This document shows positions 1-10,100 of a DNA stretch of 64,000 bases, in pieces. Under the pieces are notes generated by a model. It was given only the letters and a program-made list of their open reading frames with translations. It was not told the DNA's origin and searched no databases. The stretch is taken from IMG/VR virus record IMGVR_UViG_3300037479_000437, positions 233 to 64,232 of that record; one strand, 5' to 3'. Numbering within the stretch: position 1 is the first letter of the stretch; each line of letters opens with the position of its first letter. The stretch is from a virus. The position numbers were made by a program, and so were the translations under genes.

Positions 1-14
1 CAGGCGAATATTAT

Positions 15-689
15 GTGTGCCGTGACGGGGTCATCAGAGATATTTCCAGAGAAATAATTGCCTGGGGCTTTGGTGGTTATCTGCCGTCGAATATCTGGCT
101 GGGCGCTTCGATTGAAAACATGCAAACAGCCAAAGAGCGCATTCATCATCTGGTTGCAGCTACAGCGCCCGTGAAATTTCTGAGTTGTGAACCCTTGCTT
201 GACTGGCTGGATTTATCATTCTGGTTATTCAAGTGCAGAGAATGTCAGCAGCGATTTGACTATTCAGCGGGATTCTCGCTGTTTACACAAGAAAGCGGAC
301 AGGGCGAATGTTCTCTGGATATGCACGAAATAATCCCGGCGCCCTTGCTTGACTGGATTATCATCGGCGGCGAATCAGGCTTGCATGCGCGGCCTTTCAA
401 TCTTGATTACGCGCTGGCTTTGCTCACTCAATGTCAGCAGGCCGGAGTGCCGGTGTTTGTCAAACAAATGGGCGCAGTGCCAGTCATTTCAGCAAACGCC
501 TGGAAAGCACTCGACAATAAACCCGCACTGAAAGCTCGCATTCATTACAACATTCCAGCCGGGTATCTGGCTTTGAAATTCAACGATCCGAAGGGCGCTG
601 ATCCGGCTGAGTGGCCTGCTGAGTTTCGCATTCAGCAGTTCCCGCAACCCAAAGCCTGGAAAGACATGCCTGGAATTATTGGGACTTGA
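15..689 (+). CDS. Phage Gp37/Gp68 (DUF5131) family protein, probably 5'-truncated by the window edge
   Basis: Motifs IWLGASIEN, KFLSCEPLL, LDWIIIGGESG..ARP and VPVFVKQMG are typical of this family. Confidence 0.85.
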   Translation: MCRDGVIRDISREIIAWGFGGYLPSNIWLGASIENMQTAKERIHHLVAATAPVKFLSCEPLLDWLDLSFWLFKCRECQQRFDYSAGFSLFTQESGQGECSLDMHEIIPAPLLDWIIIGGESGLHARPFNLDYALALLTQCQQAGVPVFVKQMGAVPVISANAWKALDNKPALKARIHYNIPAGYLALKFNDPKGADPAEWPAEFRIQQFPQPKAWKDMPGIIGT

Positions 690-702
690 GAAAGGATTTT
701 CT

Positions 703-1296
703 ATGCCTCAGGAATTAAGCACCTCAATCAGATTACTGATCAATGCCGGAGTCAGTCGGCAATTTATGCAAAAGGTGTTTCAGAGTGAATCAATCTCTTT
801 CAGCCGACGTAATTTCAACACTCCGATTCCATTCAGTAAAATGCTCGAATATTGTGATCCTGATGATGTTATCTGGTCATTCAATGCAGTACAGCCGGAA
901 CAAAAATCACAAATTGAAAAAATCGCCAGACTGTTTGCCTGTGATTGTGCGGAACATTTACTGATCACTTTGTCTGAAGAAGAGATGAGTTTTCGCAGTC
1001 AGGCCGTCATCAATGAGGCTCGCCGGTTTGCGTCTGGCCTGAGTTCTGCTGATGAACTCAAAAAGGCAGGTAATGCAGCAAAACAAAGCGCACAGGAAGC
1101 GATGAATCAGGCGGCTGATGACTGGAATGAAATAACCAGGAATTGCTGGCTGGCGCGACGGAGCGCCTTCTGGTGTGCAGCGGATAATGCAATAGATGCC
1201 GCTCTTGAGTCTTCCGCATGGTCATTGATAGATAACGATGAGCAGGAATGGCAAAAACAGACGCTGCTTGAATATTTCAACGGAATCAGAAAGTGA
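703..1296 (+). CDS. Phage hypothetical protein with Imm5-like helical domain
   Basis: ARLFACDCAEH...INEARRFASG...ELKKA followed by an Ala-rich repeat. Confidence 0.55.
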   Translation: MPQELSTSIRLLINAGVSRQFMQKVFQSESISFSRRNFNTPIPFSKMLEYCDPDDVIWSFNAVQPEQKSQIEKIARLFACDCAEHLLITLSEEEMSFRSQAVINEARRFASGLSSADELKKAGNAAKQSAQEAMNQAADDWNEITRNCWLARRSAFWCAADNAIDAALESSAWSLIDNDEQEWQKQTLLEYFNGIRK

Positions 1297-1508
1297 AACT
1301 TTTGAGGAAAGCTATGGGAAAACAGAATACACCAAATCTGAGATGTTACTGCTGTAGTTTGGAAAGTGACGACGACGGCGTGCAAATGTGCAATTGTGTG
1401 GTCGCAACCTGCAATTTCTGCGCAGATTGCGCGGATTGTTGCGGGTGCTTTAAGGGTGATTGCCGATGCGAAGACAGTTCCAGTAATGAGGGTGATTATG
1501 ATGAATGA
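1293..1508 (+). CDS. Small Cys-rich hypothetical protein
   Basis: Overlaps neighbours operon-style; many CxxC pairs. Confidence 0.45.
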   Translation: MKLLRKAMGKQNTPNLRCYCCSLESDDDGVQMCNCVVATCNFCADCADCCGCFKGDCRCEDSSSNEGDYDE

Positions 1509-1803
1509 AGAATTTCACCTTGAATTTATCGAATGTCCGCAGTGCCTGAATATCCAGGATGCGCCAGTCGGGCATACGCAGCCTGTCTACAGCTACACGC
1601 ATGATTGTCGGTACTGCGGCTATACAATCCTGGAGTCTGAATGGAATAATGCTGTTCCAACTGCGGAATGCGCATACCATCTCGGCGTCGCTTATGCCTT
1701 GCGGGCTATGCTGCTTCCTCAGGAAGCTACGCCTGCCCGGATTGAAGCCGTTCTTCAGACAGCAAACAGTCTGTTACAGAAAGTGAAAGAACAAAACCAA
1801 TGA
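1498..1803 (+). CDS. Zn-ribbon hypothetical protein
   Basis: CPQC...CRYCG pairs; GAGG RBS-like sequence before ATG at 1498. Confidence 0.55.
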   Translation: MMNEEFHLEFIECPQCLNIQDAPVGHTQPVYSYTHDCRYCGYTILESEWNNAVPTAECAYHLGVAYALRAMLLPQEATPARIEAVLQTANSLLQKVKEQNQ

Positions 1804-2333
1804 TGAAACGTCATATCAGAGAATCAATTGATAAACAAAAAGAAAAACATCAGATCAGGCAATTGAGAATCACGTCCAGTCCCAAAGGTTACCAGCCCGA
1901 AGACTGGGCAGCACCTCTGACTGAAGGAGAATTGAATTATCTGCGGCTGTACATCAAACCTGAACTGATGGAAAAAATCAGACAACTCAATGAAAGCTAC
2001 CAGGCCCGACATTACACTTATGCCGATCTGCGCCTGGATGCGCTTGCGCAGACAATCCATTCAGTCGAGGCAGTCCGGCTGACTCAGCGTGAACTGCACA
2101 TGTGTCGGCTCTTGATGACGCATGCGCCTGATCCGGTTCCCTTTCAGGCTCTGATTGAAGCCTGGAAATTTGAGGGGGTAACTGAAGCAGGGCATGTCAT
2201 TGCAGTTTATGCTGCCAGTTTGCGCAAAAAAATACGCGCTGCCGGATCATTCCTGCGGCTATGCGGTGATTCAAAAGCCGGTCTTTGTTATTTTTCCGCT
2301 CCGGCAGAACGATCACCAGCAAGAGTAAAGTGA
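1800..2333 (+). CDS. Winged-helix DNA-binding protein (OmpR/PhoB C-terminal-like)
   Basis: LTQRELHMCRLLMTHAPDPV...VIAVYAASLRKKI resembles the Trans_reg_C pattern; no receiver domain. Confidence 0.65.
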   Translation: MMKRHIRESIDKQKEKHQIRQLRITSSPKGYQPEDWAAPLTEGELNYLRLYIKPELMEKIRQLNESYQARHYTYADLRLDALAQTIHSVEAVRLTQRELHMCRLLMTHAPDPVPFQALIEAWKFEGVTEAGHVIAVYAASLRKKIRAAGSFLRLCGDSKAGLCYFSAPAERSPARVK

Positions 2334-2365
2334 AAAAAGAGGCGCAATTGCTGAATTGCGCCTCT
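2332..2365. terminator. Intrinsic terminator hairpin between the convergent arms
   Basis: Perfect 12-bp stem agaggcgcaatt-gctg-aattgcgcctct (2338-2365) preceded by an A run, i.e. a U tail on the minus strand. Confidence 0.8.
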
Positions 2366-2434
2366 AAGCGATAACTGACGGATACTGCCCAGTGTCCGTC
2401 AGTCCCGCCGCGCCCCGATGAATGACGCGGCAAG

Positions 2435-2476
2435 CCTGCAATTTCCCGCCTGCAATGTCCCGCCTACAATGTCCCG
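2435..2476. repeat. Three 14-nt tandem repeats overlapping the tail-tip stop codon
   Basis: cctgcaatttcccg / cctgcaatgtcccg / cctacaatgtcccg. Confidence 0.8.
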
Positions 2477-5337
2477 CCCTTGCCATAAGGATCATCAACA
2501 ATAATCGAATCCGTCAAAGCCCAGGCGATATTTGAGGGCTGAGCGGCGCCTGCCAGTTCGATCATAAATTCATATTCAGTTTCAGGTGATAATCCGACTT
2601 TGGTATAGGTGGTCAACCCGCCAGACAATGCAATCTGACTCCAGGTTACTGTTCCGGCAATGCGCCAGTTGAGCGTCACGGCGCCGCTGTTGCCATTATT
2701 TCCCCAGGCCAGCGCAATCGAATACGGCCCGGTCGGTTGCGCGGTCAGTTGCGCCGGATCGCCAGCGGTATTGGCAGGCATAGTTGCTGAAGCGGCGTTT
2801 GACCATTCGGAATACTGAATTCCGGTATTCCATTTGTTTCTGACCCGATAATTGTGCGTTGAACCTGCACCGACCGTCCGGGTAAATTCAACCGTTGTGC
2901 CTGGCGTCAACGTTTGAATGACTGAGCCATCTTCTTCTACTTCGACAGAGTCATTATCTCCGGCGTTGCGTGTCCAGGTCAGTTTGACCTGCGTAGCTGA
3001 CAGGGGAACAGCGGAAAGACTGGCCGGGGCGCTGCGCGTCGTTTCCACGACAATCGGCTGATTCAGTGTCCGCACATAAGCGATGTTTGAGCGAAACTCG
3101 CCGTTGCTGCTGCGCCAGATGGCAAAATCATAAATTGAATCAGGCTGCAACCCGGAAGACAGATCAACGAGAAAAGTGTTTTCTGCCGGGCCAAGCGACG
3201 GGATGAATGGCGCAACGGGTGGAGTCAGCCACGTCCATCCTTCATAACCAATCAAGGGATGTTTGATAAAGACAGCCTGATTGACTCCGGCGTTCTTTGC
3301 CGGAGTCCAGGTCAGTCTGACTTTGCGATCACTGACCGGCACGGCAGTCAGATTCTGTGGACATTCATCAGGGTTGAGAAACGCCGGAAGTTCGTCAAGC
3401 AACTCACCGGCGACGCCTGACCAGGGGCGCCAGGTAATAAAGCGCGGTTGCGACCAGCCAAAAACATTGAGCAGGCGAAGCTCGAAAACTGCTTCCTCAC
3501 GCGGGTCAGCATTCGCGCGCAACAATACGCCTCCACCGGCTTTGCCCTGCCCGGTAAAGGGGTATTTGTTGTCATAGACCAGATTGCCGAATTTGTCATA
3601 AACTTTGAGCCATGCGGATTCCAGACTATCTGCGTTTGCCTTGCCATCAGCGTTGTCAGTTTCCAGATAGAGTCGAAAACCCATTTGCAGGCCATTCTCC
3701 AGAAGTTGAATATCATCATATTTGACTTTGGTGATACGCAGGCGATCAAAAACGCCAAGATCACGCCCCCGATAGCGCCCTGAGGGATCGAGCGCGCGAC
3801 GGGAACGCGAACGCGCGGCAATGCCGGGTGAAGCCAAAGGCGGCAGATCGCTGGTAATGACTGCCTGTACCGGCCCATGCAATTCATCACTGTAGAAATT
3901 TTCATTGTAGATTTGCAGTTTGAAACTGCGTAAGTCTTCATTATTCGTCACCGGCATGAAGGCTTCTTCTCTGACCAGCATTCTGACTGGCGCACGCTCG
4001 CGCAGGCCGAGTGAATCAAAGCTGATTTCGACAACATCACCTTTGGCTACCCGGTAGCTGTCGCCTTGCCCTTGTAATGAGGCTAGAACGTCAAGATCGT
4101 AATTTTCAATCATCAGCGTGCGCAAAGCCCGCTGCGCCTGCGATTCAGTCATGACGCCCCATGCCAGCGGTTCATCCAGTGGCCGCTCAAAGCCTTTTCC
4201 ACTGTCGCGGATTTCACTGATTTCCTTTTCCGTAAAATACAAATCGTCAAGATTGCGAAAGCGCACGCGGAGAACAGTTCGCCGATCTTCCGGGCGAATC
4301 CGACTGAACGTCACCGAATCAGTCACGATATTGGAAACGTTTTCAGAGTCAGGATCGCAACGGAACTGATGGACGACCGGACGAGTCGGAACAGACAGGA
4401 ATTTCACCTTGCCATTGACATCCTGCCACGTACAACCAGGCGCCAGCGCCATCAGATAAATGAACGCTTCGCCTGCCGGAACATTCTGAAAAGCCACGTT
4501 AGCCAGAAAACGTGGAACATATCCCCAGCGAAAATTTACTTCCGTCGCCGCTGGCGGCGCAGCAGTCAGAGTGATTTGTATGTCACTGTCTACGCTTTGA
4601 ATTTGAAATCCCTGCCCGGCTATCCAGACCGTTCCTGTCCATGACGATTCAAATTTCCGACCAGTCTTCCAGGTGACAATCTGATTGTTCACGTCCACTG
4701 TTGCTGTTCGTCCACCGATCCCCGGATTCCAGGGAATCAATTCTTCGCAGCGTTGCCGAAAAGCGAACCACGAAGCGAAATCAATCCGGCTTTCCGGCAG
4801 TTTCATCCGGCGCAGCAGAATATCCAGAGCCACGCGCGCCAGGTTCGCTGAATAACTGTCACCCTGCCAGTTTCCGCCTGCGTCATAATCCGGTACTTGC
4901 AAGGTGCGATAGTAAACTTTTAGGCGTGAGGGTTCTTCTTCACCTTCGCTGAAAGCCTCTGAGAGCAGTAATTCAAGATAAGCTGAACCGGAGAAAGTAA
5001 AAGCCAGAGTCGGATCGTAAGGCGCCTGCCAGAAATAAGGCGTACCCTGAATCGGGTCATCGAATCCGGCTGACAACTGCCCAGGATGATATTTCCAGTT
5101 CCGCGCGCCCTGGGCGTCAAATTCCGGGATTTCCTCGCCAGCGTAATAGACCGTCAGGGCGGTTTCTTTCCCGGCGATGATTTGTGAATCACAAACGCCT
5201 TCGCTGAGTAACGCAATCAATTTGATCCGATTTGTAGAGGTATCGCGCGCATAAGCTACCGTCGCGCCTGCGGTGATATGCTGCCCGTAAGGCAGCACAA
5301 CGCTTGTTCCGGCAATTTTATCAGAGAGTATCGGCAT
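2464..5337 (-). CDS. Tail tip / host-specificity protein (gpJ-like) with C-terminal fibronectin type III domains
   Basis: Position after the hub gene; YSANLARVALDILL, FLANVAF and WQDVNGKVKF tail-tip motifs; three Fn3-like repeats (e.g. PASLSAVPLSATQVKLTW...YRVR). Confidence 0.8.
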   Translation of the reverse strand: MPILSDKIAGTSVVLPYGQHITAGATVAYARDTSTNRIKLIALLSEGVCDSQIIAGKETALTVYYAGEEIPEFDAQGARNWKYHPGQLSAGFDDPIQGTPYFWQAPYDPTLAFTFSGSAYLELLLSEAFSEGEEEPSRLKVYYRTLQVPDYDAGGNWQGDSYSANLARVALDILLRRMKLPESRIDFASWFAFRQRCEELIPWNPGIGGRTATVDVNNQIVTWKTGRKFESSWTGTVWIAGQGFQIQSVDSDIQITLTAAPPAATEVNFRWGYVPRFLANVAFQNVPAGEAFIYLMALAPGCTWQDVNGKVKFLSVPTRPVVHQFRCDPDSENVSNIVTDSVTFSRIRPEDRRTVLRVRFRNLDDLYFTEKEISEIRDSGKGFERPLDEPLAWGVMTESQAQRALRTLMIENYDLDVLASLQGQGDSYRVAKGDVVEISFDSLGLRERAPVRMLVREEAFMPVTNNEDLRSFKLQIYNENFYSDELHGPVQAVITSDLPPLASPGIAARSRSRRALDPSGRYRGRDLGVFDRLRITKVKYDDIQLLENGLQMGFRLYLETDNADGKANADSLESAWLKVYDKFGNLVYDNKYPFTGQGKAGGGVLLRANADPREEAVFELRLLNVFGWSQPRFITWRPWSGVAGELLDELPAFLNPDECPQNLTAVPVSDRKVRLTWTPAKNAGVNQAVFIKHPLIGYEGWTWLTPPVAPFIPSLGPAENTFLVDLSSGLQPDSIYDFAIWRSSNGEFRSNIAYVRTLNQPIVVETTRSAPASLSAVPLSATQVKLTWTRNAGDNDSVEVEEDGSVIQTLTPGTTVEFTRTVGAGSTHNYRVRNKWNTGIQYSEWSNAASATMPANTAGDPAQLTAQPTGPYSIALAWGNNGNSGAVTLNWRIAGTVTWSQIALSGGLTTYTKVGLSPETEYEFMIELAGAAQPSNIAWALTDSIIVDDPYGKGGTL

Positions 5338-5343
5338 TACTGG

Positions 5344-6744
5344 TCACAGGATTTCCCAGGCGTCTTTCCATCTGATGGGCTGGTGAGGCCAGCCGGTTCC
5401 CGGATCGAAGGATGGATCAATGCCGCCCGTCACCGCTTGTTGCGCAATCGCGCCCATTGTCGGCAGGCCCTGAAAGCGATGTTGTCGGCCATGCGCTTTG
5501 CAGCCATTGACCGCATCATCGAACAGACGCGAGCAGAAAGTAGCTGAAGTCACTGCCCCGCATTTCGGCCCTTTGAAGTCAATCACGCAATGAAACGAGC
5601 GCGGACGCGCGCCCAGCCGCACAGATGGCGGATTCATATCCGAAGCGATTTCCAGTTTCAGCAACTCATCCGAGCCGGTGTCGGCCAGTTCCGGCGCGAT
5701 GATCGTTCCACTGAACACCTGATCGCCTGACCAGACATCGGGCGCTGTTTCAAACAGCCAGAAGATTTTCACTCCGGCGCCTTCGAGGAGTCGCGCCGGG
5801 TCAATGATCGCTGCGCCATAACGCAGAGATAAGTTGGTCAATGTCAGTTCAGCGTTATCCGGCGCGCGGCCTTCACTGAAGCGGATTTCAGGCGTGCCCA
5901 TCAGGTCACCTTCCCAGTTGTAATCGTTCCATTGTACCGGCGCCGTAGCCACGCGCAACGTGAAATTATCTTCTGTTTCATAAAAGAGTGGCAGATTGTA
6001 GCGCGAAGCCAGATACTGCTCTACGCGCTGGCGTTCAAGCAATGAAAGCAGTCGGGTATAAAACAGAACTTCGGCAATCTGTCCCTGAAACGGTTCTGTG
6101 CCATCGAATTTCCGACCCAGCCAGAGCGTAGTTGCGGCCAGGCCGTTGCTGTTCGTCGCCTGGATTGCCTGCGTTACCCCGTCCAGCCAGGAACGCTGTC
6201 CGCTGGGGTTGTTCGGACTGAATTGCACGGTAATGAGATGAAAAGCCTGATCATGAATTCCCAATGGAATTGAAAACTGCCCGCTCACGGTAAACATCCC
6301 ATTTGGATCGCCGATGATCGCGTAATCAGAATTGTTCTCCTGAAAGCGCAACATTGATCGGGCATTGCCACGCGCGACGATAAAGACAGTCATCTGTGAG
6401 CCGGGGCCGGGCGGGCCGATCAGCGCATCATCAACTCCATCGAACTCTATAACCGGACGCCCATTCAGTTGTGCATTGCGAAAGCGTGGGCGCTGGGCAG
6501 CAATTCCCTGTCCGGCGTCAAACGCGCTCGCGCTGCGATCAGGCCAGACTGCTACGCCGTCGCCTTCGTCAAGCGTCAAATCTTCGGCGCGGTACCAGGA
6601 GCGCAAACCAGGCACAAGCTGCGGCTCGACAATGCGCGGACCGGGAATAATAATTTCTGCCGCCTGGACAGTTTTCGCCGTTCCGGCATACAACCGCGTC
6701 AGAATTTGATCAGACAAATCACGAGCCATCAGATTGACTCCCAA
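5344..6744 (-). CDS. Baseplate hub / minor tail protein (gpL/DUF2163-like) with inserted LamG (concanavalin A-like) domain
   Basis: LRSWYRAED...WPDRS...LNGRPVIEFDGVDD...FQGQIAEVLFYTRLLS LamG signature; C-terminal Cys cluster (HC..DFKGPKCG...C.R....C..H.....F.G). Confidence 0.75.
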   Translation of the reverse strand: MGVNLMARDLSDQILTRLYAGTAKTVQAAEIIIPGPRIVEPQLVPGLRSWYRAEDLTLDEGDGVAVWPDRSASAFDAGQGIAAQRPRFRNAQLNGRPVIEFDGVDDALIGPPGPGSQMTVFIVARGNARSMLRFQENNSDYAIIGDPNGMFTVSGQFSIPLGIHDQAFHLITVQFSPNNPSGQRSWLDGVTQAIQATNSNGLAATTLWLGRKFDGTEPFQGQIAEVLFYTRLLSLLERQRVEQYLASRYNLPLFYETEDNFTLRVATAPVQWNDYNWEGDLMGTPEIRFSEGRAPDNAELTLTNLSLRYGAAIIDPARLLEGAGVKIFWLFETAPDVWSGDQVFSGTIIAPELADTGSDELLKLEIASDMNPPSVRLGARPRSFHCVIDFKGPKCGAVTSATFCSRLFDDAVNGCKAHGRQHRFQGLPTMGAIAQQAVTGGIDPSFDPGTGWPHQPIRWKDAWEIL

Positions 6745-7019
6745 TCAGGTAATTCGACTGTTTTTCCTTTCAGGTCATGCCAGCAGTCACCGAGAAACTG
6801 AATTTTGCCATCGGTAATGAATGAGTGGCATTGCCATTTCGTATTCCTGTTGACCATGATGCTTGGACTGACTGTGGGGCGTTCTGGCTTCTCATTCCAC
6901 AGCCAGCATGGTTCCGGGCCGGAGACTCTGACCCAATGGTCAGAGCGACAACCGGGGCAATGGAACAGATAAGCCTCGCCCTCAAATGTCGGATCGTTCG
7001 CTGGTTCAAATTTCGCCAT
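6729..7019 (-). CDS. DUF6527-like small Cys/His protein
   Basis: FHCPGC..H, W.WN....PTVSPSI, CHSFITDGKIQFLGDC.H.L.G.TV.LPD. Confidence 0.75.
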   Translation of the reverse strand: MAKFEPANDPTFEGEAYLFHCPGCRSDHWVRVSGPEPCWLWNEKPERPTVSPSIMVNRNTKWQCHSFITDGKIQFLGDCWHDLKGKTVELPDWESI

Positions 7020-7037
7020 GTTTCTCCCTGGTCAGAA

Positions 7038-7144
7038 GTCAATTTCGGCGTTTTTCAGCGTCGTGATTGCATTTTTATCCGGGGCGCAACCCCTTTTCCT
7101 GATCTGACGGCAAAAATGCAGCCACGACGCTCTAATGCGCAAAT
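7038..7144 (-). repeat. Copy 1 of a dispersed ~105-nt palindromic element
   Basis: 20-nt arms at 7057-7076 and 7112-7131 (18/20 complementary) around a 35-nt core; similar to the copies at 51174 and 61950. Confidence 0.8.
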
Positions 7145-7160
7145 TCTGCGCCCAGGGTTA

Positions 7161-10100
7161 TCAGGTCAGAATTGACTCAATATCTCCGGCCAGACCGGCC
7201 TGGCCCTGTTTGCGGACATCTTTGCGGACAACACGAACAATACTGCGCCGCCCTTCCGAAGTATTGTTGATTACGTTTGTCACGATCTTTGTCTGGTCTG
7301 CCTGCCCGATTTCAAAGGCATTGTTGACGATCAGCGTAATATTCACCGGTGTTGGAATAGCTGCGGCAATGTCGGTCGCAGCGGCTGGCGCGGGAATCGT
7401 CAGGGGCGCATTGAAGGAGGAAGCAGAGAAAGAATTATTGAATGACAAAGCGCGTGCGCGTGAGGCTTCAAATACCAGCCCGGCCAGGCGTGTCTGATCT
7501 GCCGGACTGACCACCAGTTCATTCCCGGTGACGCGGATCAGCCGCTCCAGTGGCGCAGTCAGTCCACCGCTGGCAAAGCGTGGTAATGCGGTCTGAGTGA
7601 CTCTGTTGCTGCGGCTGGAAATCGTTTCCGGTTGAGTCGCGCGTTGGAGCGTCGCGCCGGGTTGCTGCGCCGCGTCAGCCGCGCGATCATTGACGATTGA
7701 TCTCTGATCGAAGCGTGTTATCACAGATGAAGTCTGATTAACGATCTGCTTGTTTTCTTCCTGACTGCGCCTGGTTTCATTGAAGAGAGAATGCGCAGAC
7801 TGACGCTGAACTTCGGATGACTGAGTCAGATTTTCATTCTGTCTCAAATTGATCTGATCAATCGTTGTTTCCCGGCTTCGTTCTTTGCGCGTCAGGGCTT
7901 CCCGGACTGAAGTTGTCTCAATCGGCGCGCGGCGCGAGCGGGAAGTCGTCAGAATCAAATCAGCCAGATTTGCCTGTTGATGCGGATTCAGCACGAGTTC
8001 ATTGCCAGTGACGCGAATCACTTTATCGTCGCTGCCGTCAAATACGCCCGGCACGCGCCCGGTAAACCCGCCTGAAGCAAATGTCGGTAATAATAAATCA
8101 CTTACTCCCCGGCGTTTCTGCTGTCGTTCGGCAGCTTCTTTGAGCGGCGCAACATAAACGCGATCCACATCAGCCAACTGGTTTTTCAGACGACTTTCCC
8201 GAACTGATTTTGTTTTGATCTGATTGAGCGCGGCTACAGTCTGCTGCCGCAACTGCGCCGCTTCGGCCAGCGCCTGGGCGCCGTCTATCCGGTCAGCATT
8301 GACCAGGCGCGTCAGTTCAGCCAGGCGGTCGGCTTCAGCGCGCCAGATGGCATCGGCATTTTTCTCATCTGTTTTTCGCTGTTTTGCCCGGCCCAGGAAA
8401 AAGCTTCCAATCAGCAGTCCGATTCCGGCAATAATCGTAATCGGATTGGTCAGCAGGCCGAAGGCAGCAGAACCAAGAATTGCCGCATTCGTTCCCCCTA
8501 CACCCAGGCCGGTCAACAAGCCAGTAATTGCGCCTGTTCCGGCAATTCCGGCAAACGCTGAAGCGCCGAGCAGCAGCCCGCCTGCGCCGCCCAGGATTTT
8601 GCCCGCCGTGCTTTGCCCGCCAAGTTGCGTTCCCAGCGATAACCCAAGCAGAGGCGCCAGGGGAGCCAGGCCCTGAAGGAAAGAACCGCCCGCAATTGCT
8701 CCGCCTGCCGTTGTGCCAGCCTGCGCGACAAAGGGCGGCGTGCGGGCCAGTTCGGTCAGTCTCGACTGACTCAGAAAAGCCTCAGTCAAAGTCTGCGCTG
8801 TGCCTGCTGCGCCGCCAATCCCCCCAATTCCTCCAATCGCTGCGCCCTTCGCATTGCGCGCCAGCGCAGCCGCCAGGGTTGCCGCTACGGGGGCAGCGGT
8901 GGCGATATTTCCGCCTGGCTGTCCGCCGGGTCGGAGCAGGCCGGCCAGTGCCGCAATCGGATTGAAGCCCCCGGTTGCGCCTCCTGCGCGCGCGCCGCTG
9001 ATCGCTGACAGGGTTTGCGCAAGCTGCTGCGGCGCGACAAACGGCGGAGTTTGAAATCCACCTGCTCCGCCGCCGAGAATTGCCTGCAAGACAGAGCCGC
9101 CACCAGCCTGTTGTCCGCTCTGTCGCGGCGCGAGAAATAACGAAGCGATTGAGCCGATCAGCCCGCCGCCCCCGCCGAAAATCCCGCCTCCGCTACCGCC
9201 ACCAGCTACGCCCGTCAGCACGCGCGTAATCAGATTGCGCGTAATCGTTTTGATCAAATCTGCAACAATTTCACCGAAGAAGCCGAGTTTGGCCGTCAGT
9301 TTATCAATTCCGCGCTCAAGCACGCCGATAAATGTCTCATACGCTTTGATCTGCGCGTCGGCGACGGCTTCAGTCAGGCCCTTTTGTGCCGCCAGGTGTT
9401 CCAGTAACTTCCGGTTCGCTCTGTCCTGCCGGAAAATCTGATTGTCAGCAAGCTGCTGCTGAATTTTTTCCTGACTGGTCAGTTCAGCGCCCAGATTGCG
9501 CAACGCGGCAATCCGTTCATTGATCTGCAACAAATCGCGCTCGGCTGTTTCAGCTTCTGCGCCGCCCAGGGATTGCTTTTGTTCGAGCAACTGGCGCTGT
9601 AAGACGACTTCTTCGAGCAGGACAGTGCGCAGCCTGCGCCGGGCTTCAATCTGCGCGTCAGCGGCTTCTATTGCGTCAATCTGGCCGCGTGACTGAGCGC
9701 CGCTGATCTGTTCTTCCACGATATTCAGAGTTGTTTGCGTGGCGTCAAAACGTAACTCACTGCGTTTGACCTGCTCATTCAGATCAAAATGAGCCAGGCG
9801 TAGTTCCTGCATTTTTTCGATCAGATCAAGAATGTCGCGGCGTCCGGCCTGCGCGGCGGTTTTGACGGCTTCGGCATATTCTTCCGCCAGCCGCCGGTTG
9901 AAGGATTCCTGCTTTACTCCGGTCAGTTCAAGGTACGCAATCCGGGTCTGTTCGATTGAGCGGCGTTCCTGCTCTTCAGTCTGGCGCCGTGCGGCTGCAT
10001 TCGCTTCTGGCAAGGCTTGTTGTTTTTCGCGCAGGACAGCACCCTGACTGCGCAATTGTGTGGCTTGCGTTTCAAGGCGCAATATTTCCTGTTCTTTTGC

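Noticed and set aside
2464-6744. Diversity-generating retroelement acting on tail genes
   Set aside because: No reverse transcriptase and no TR/VR pair differing at adenines seen.
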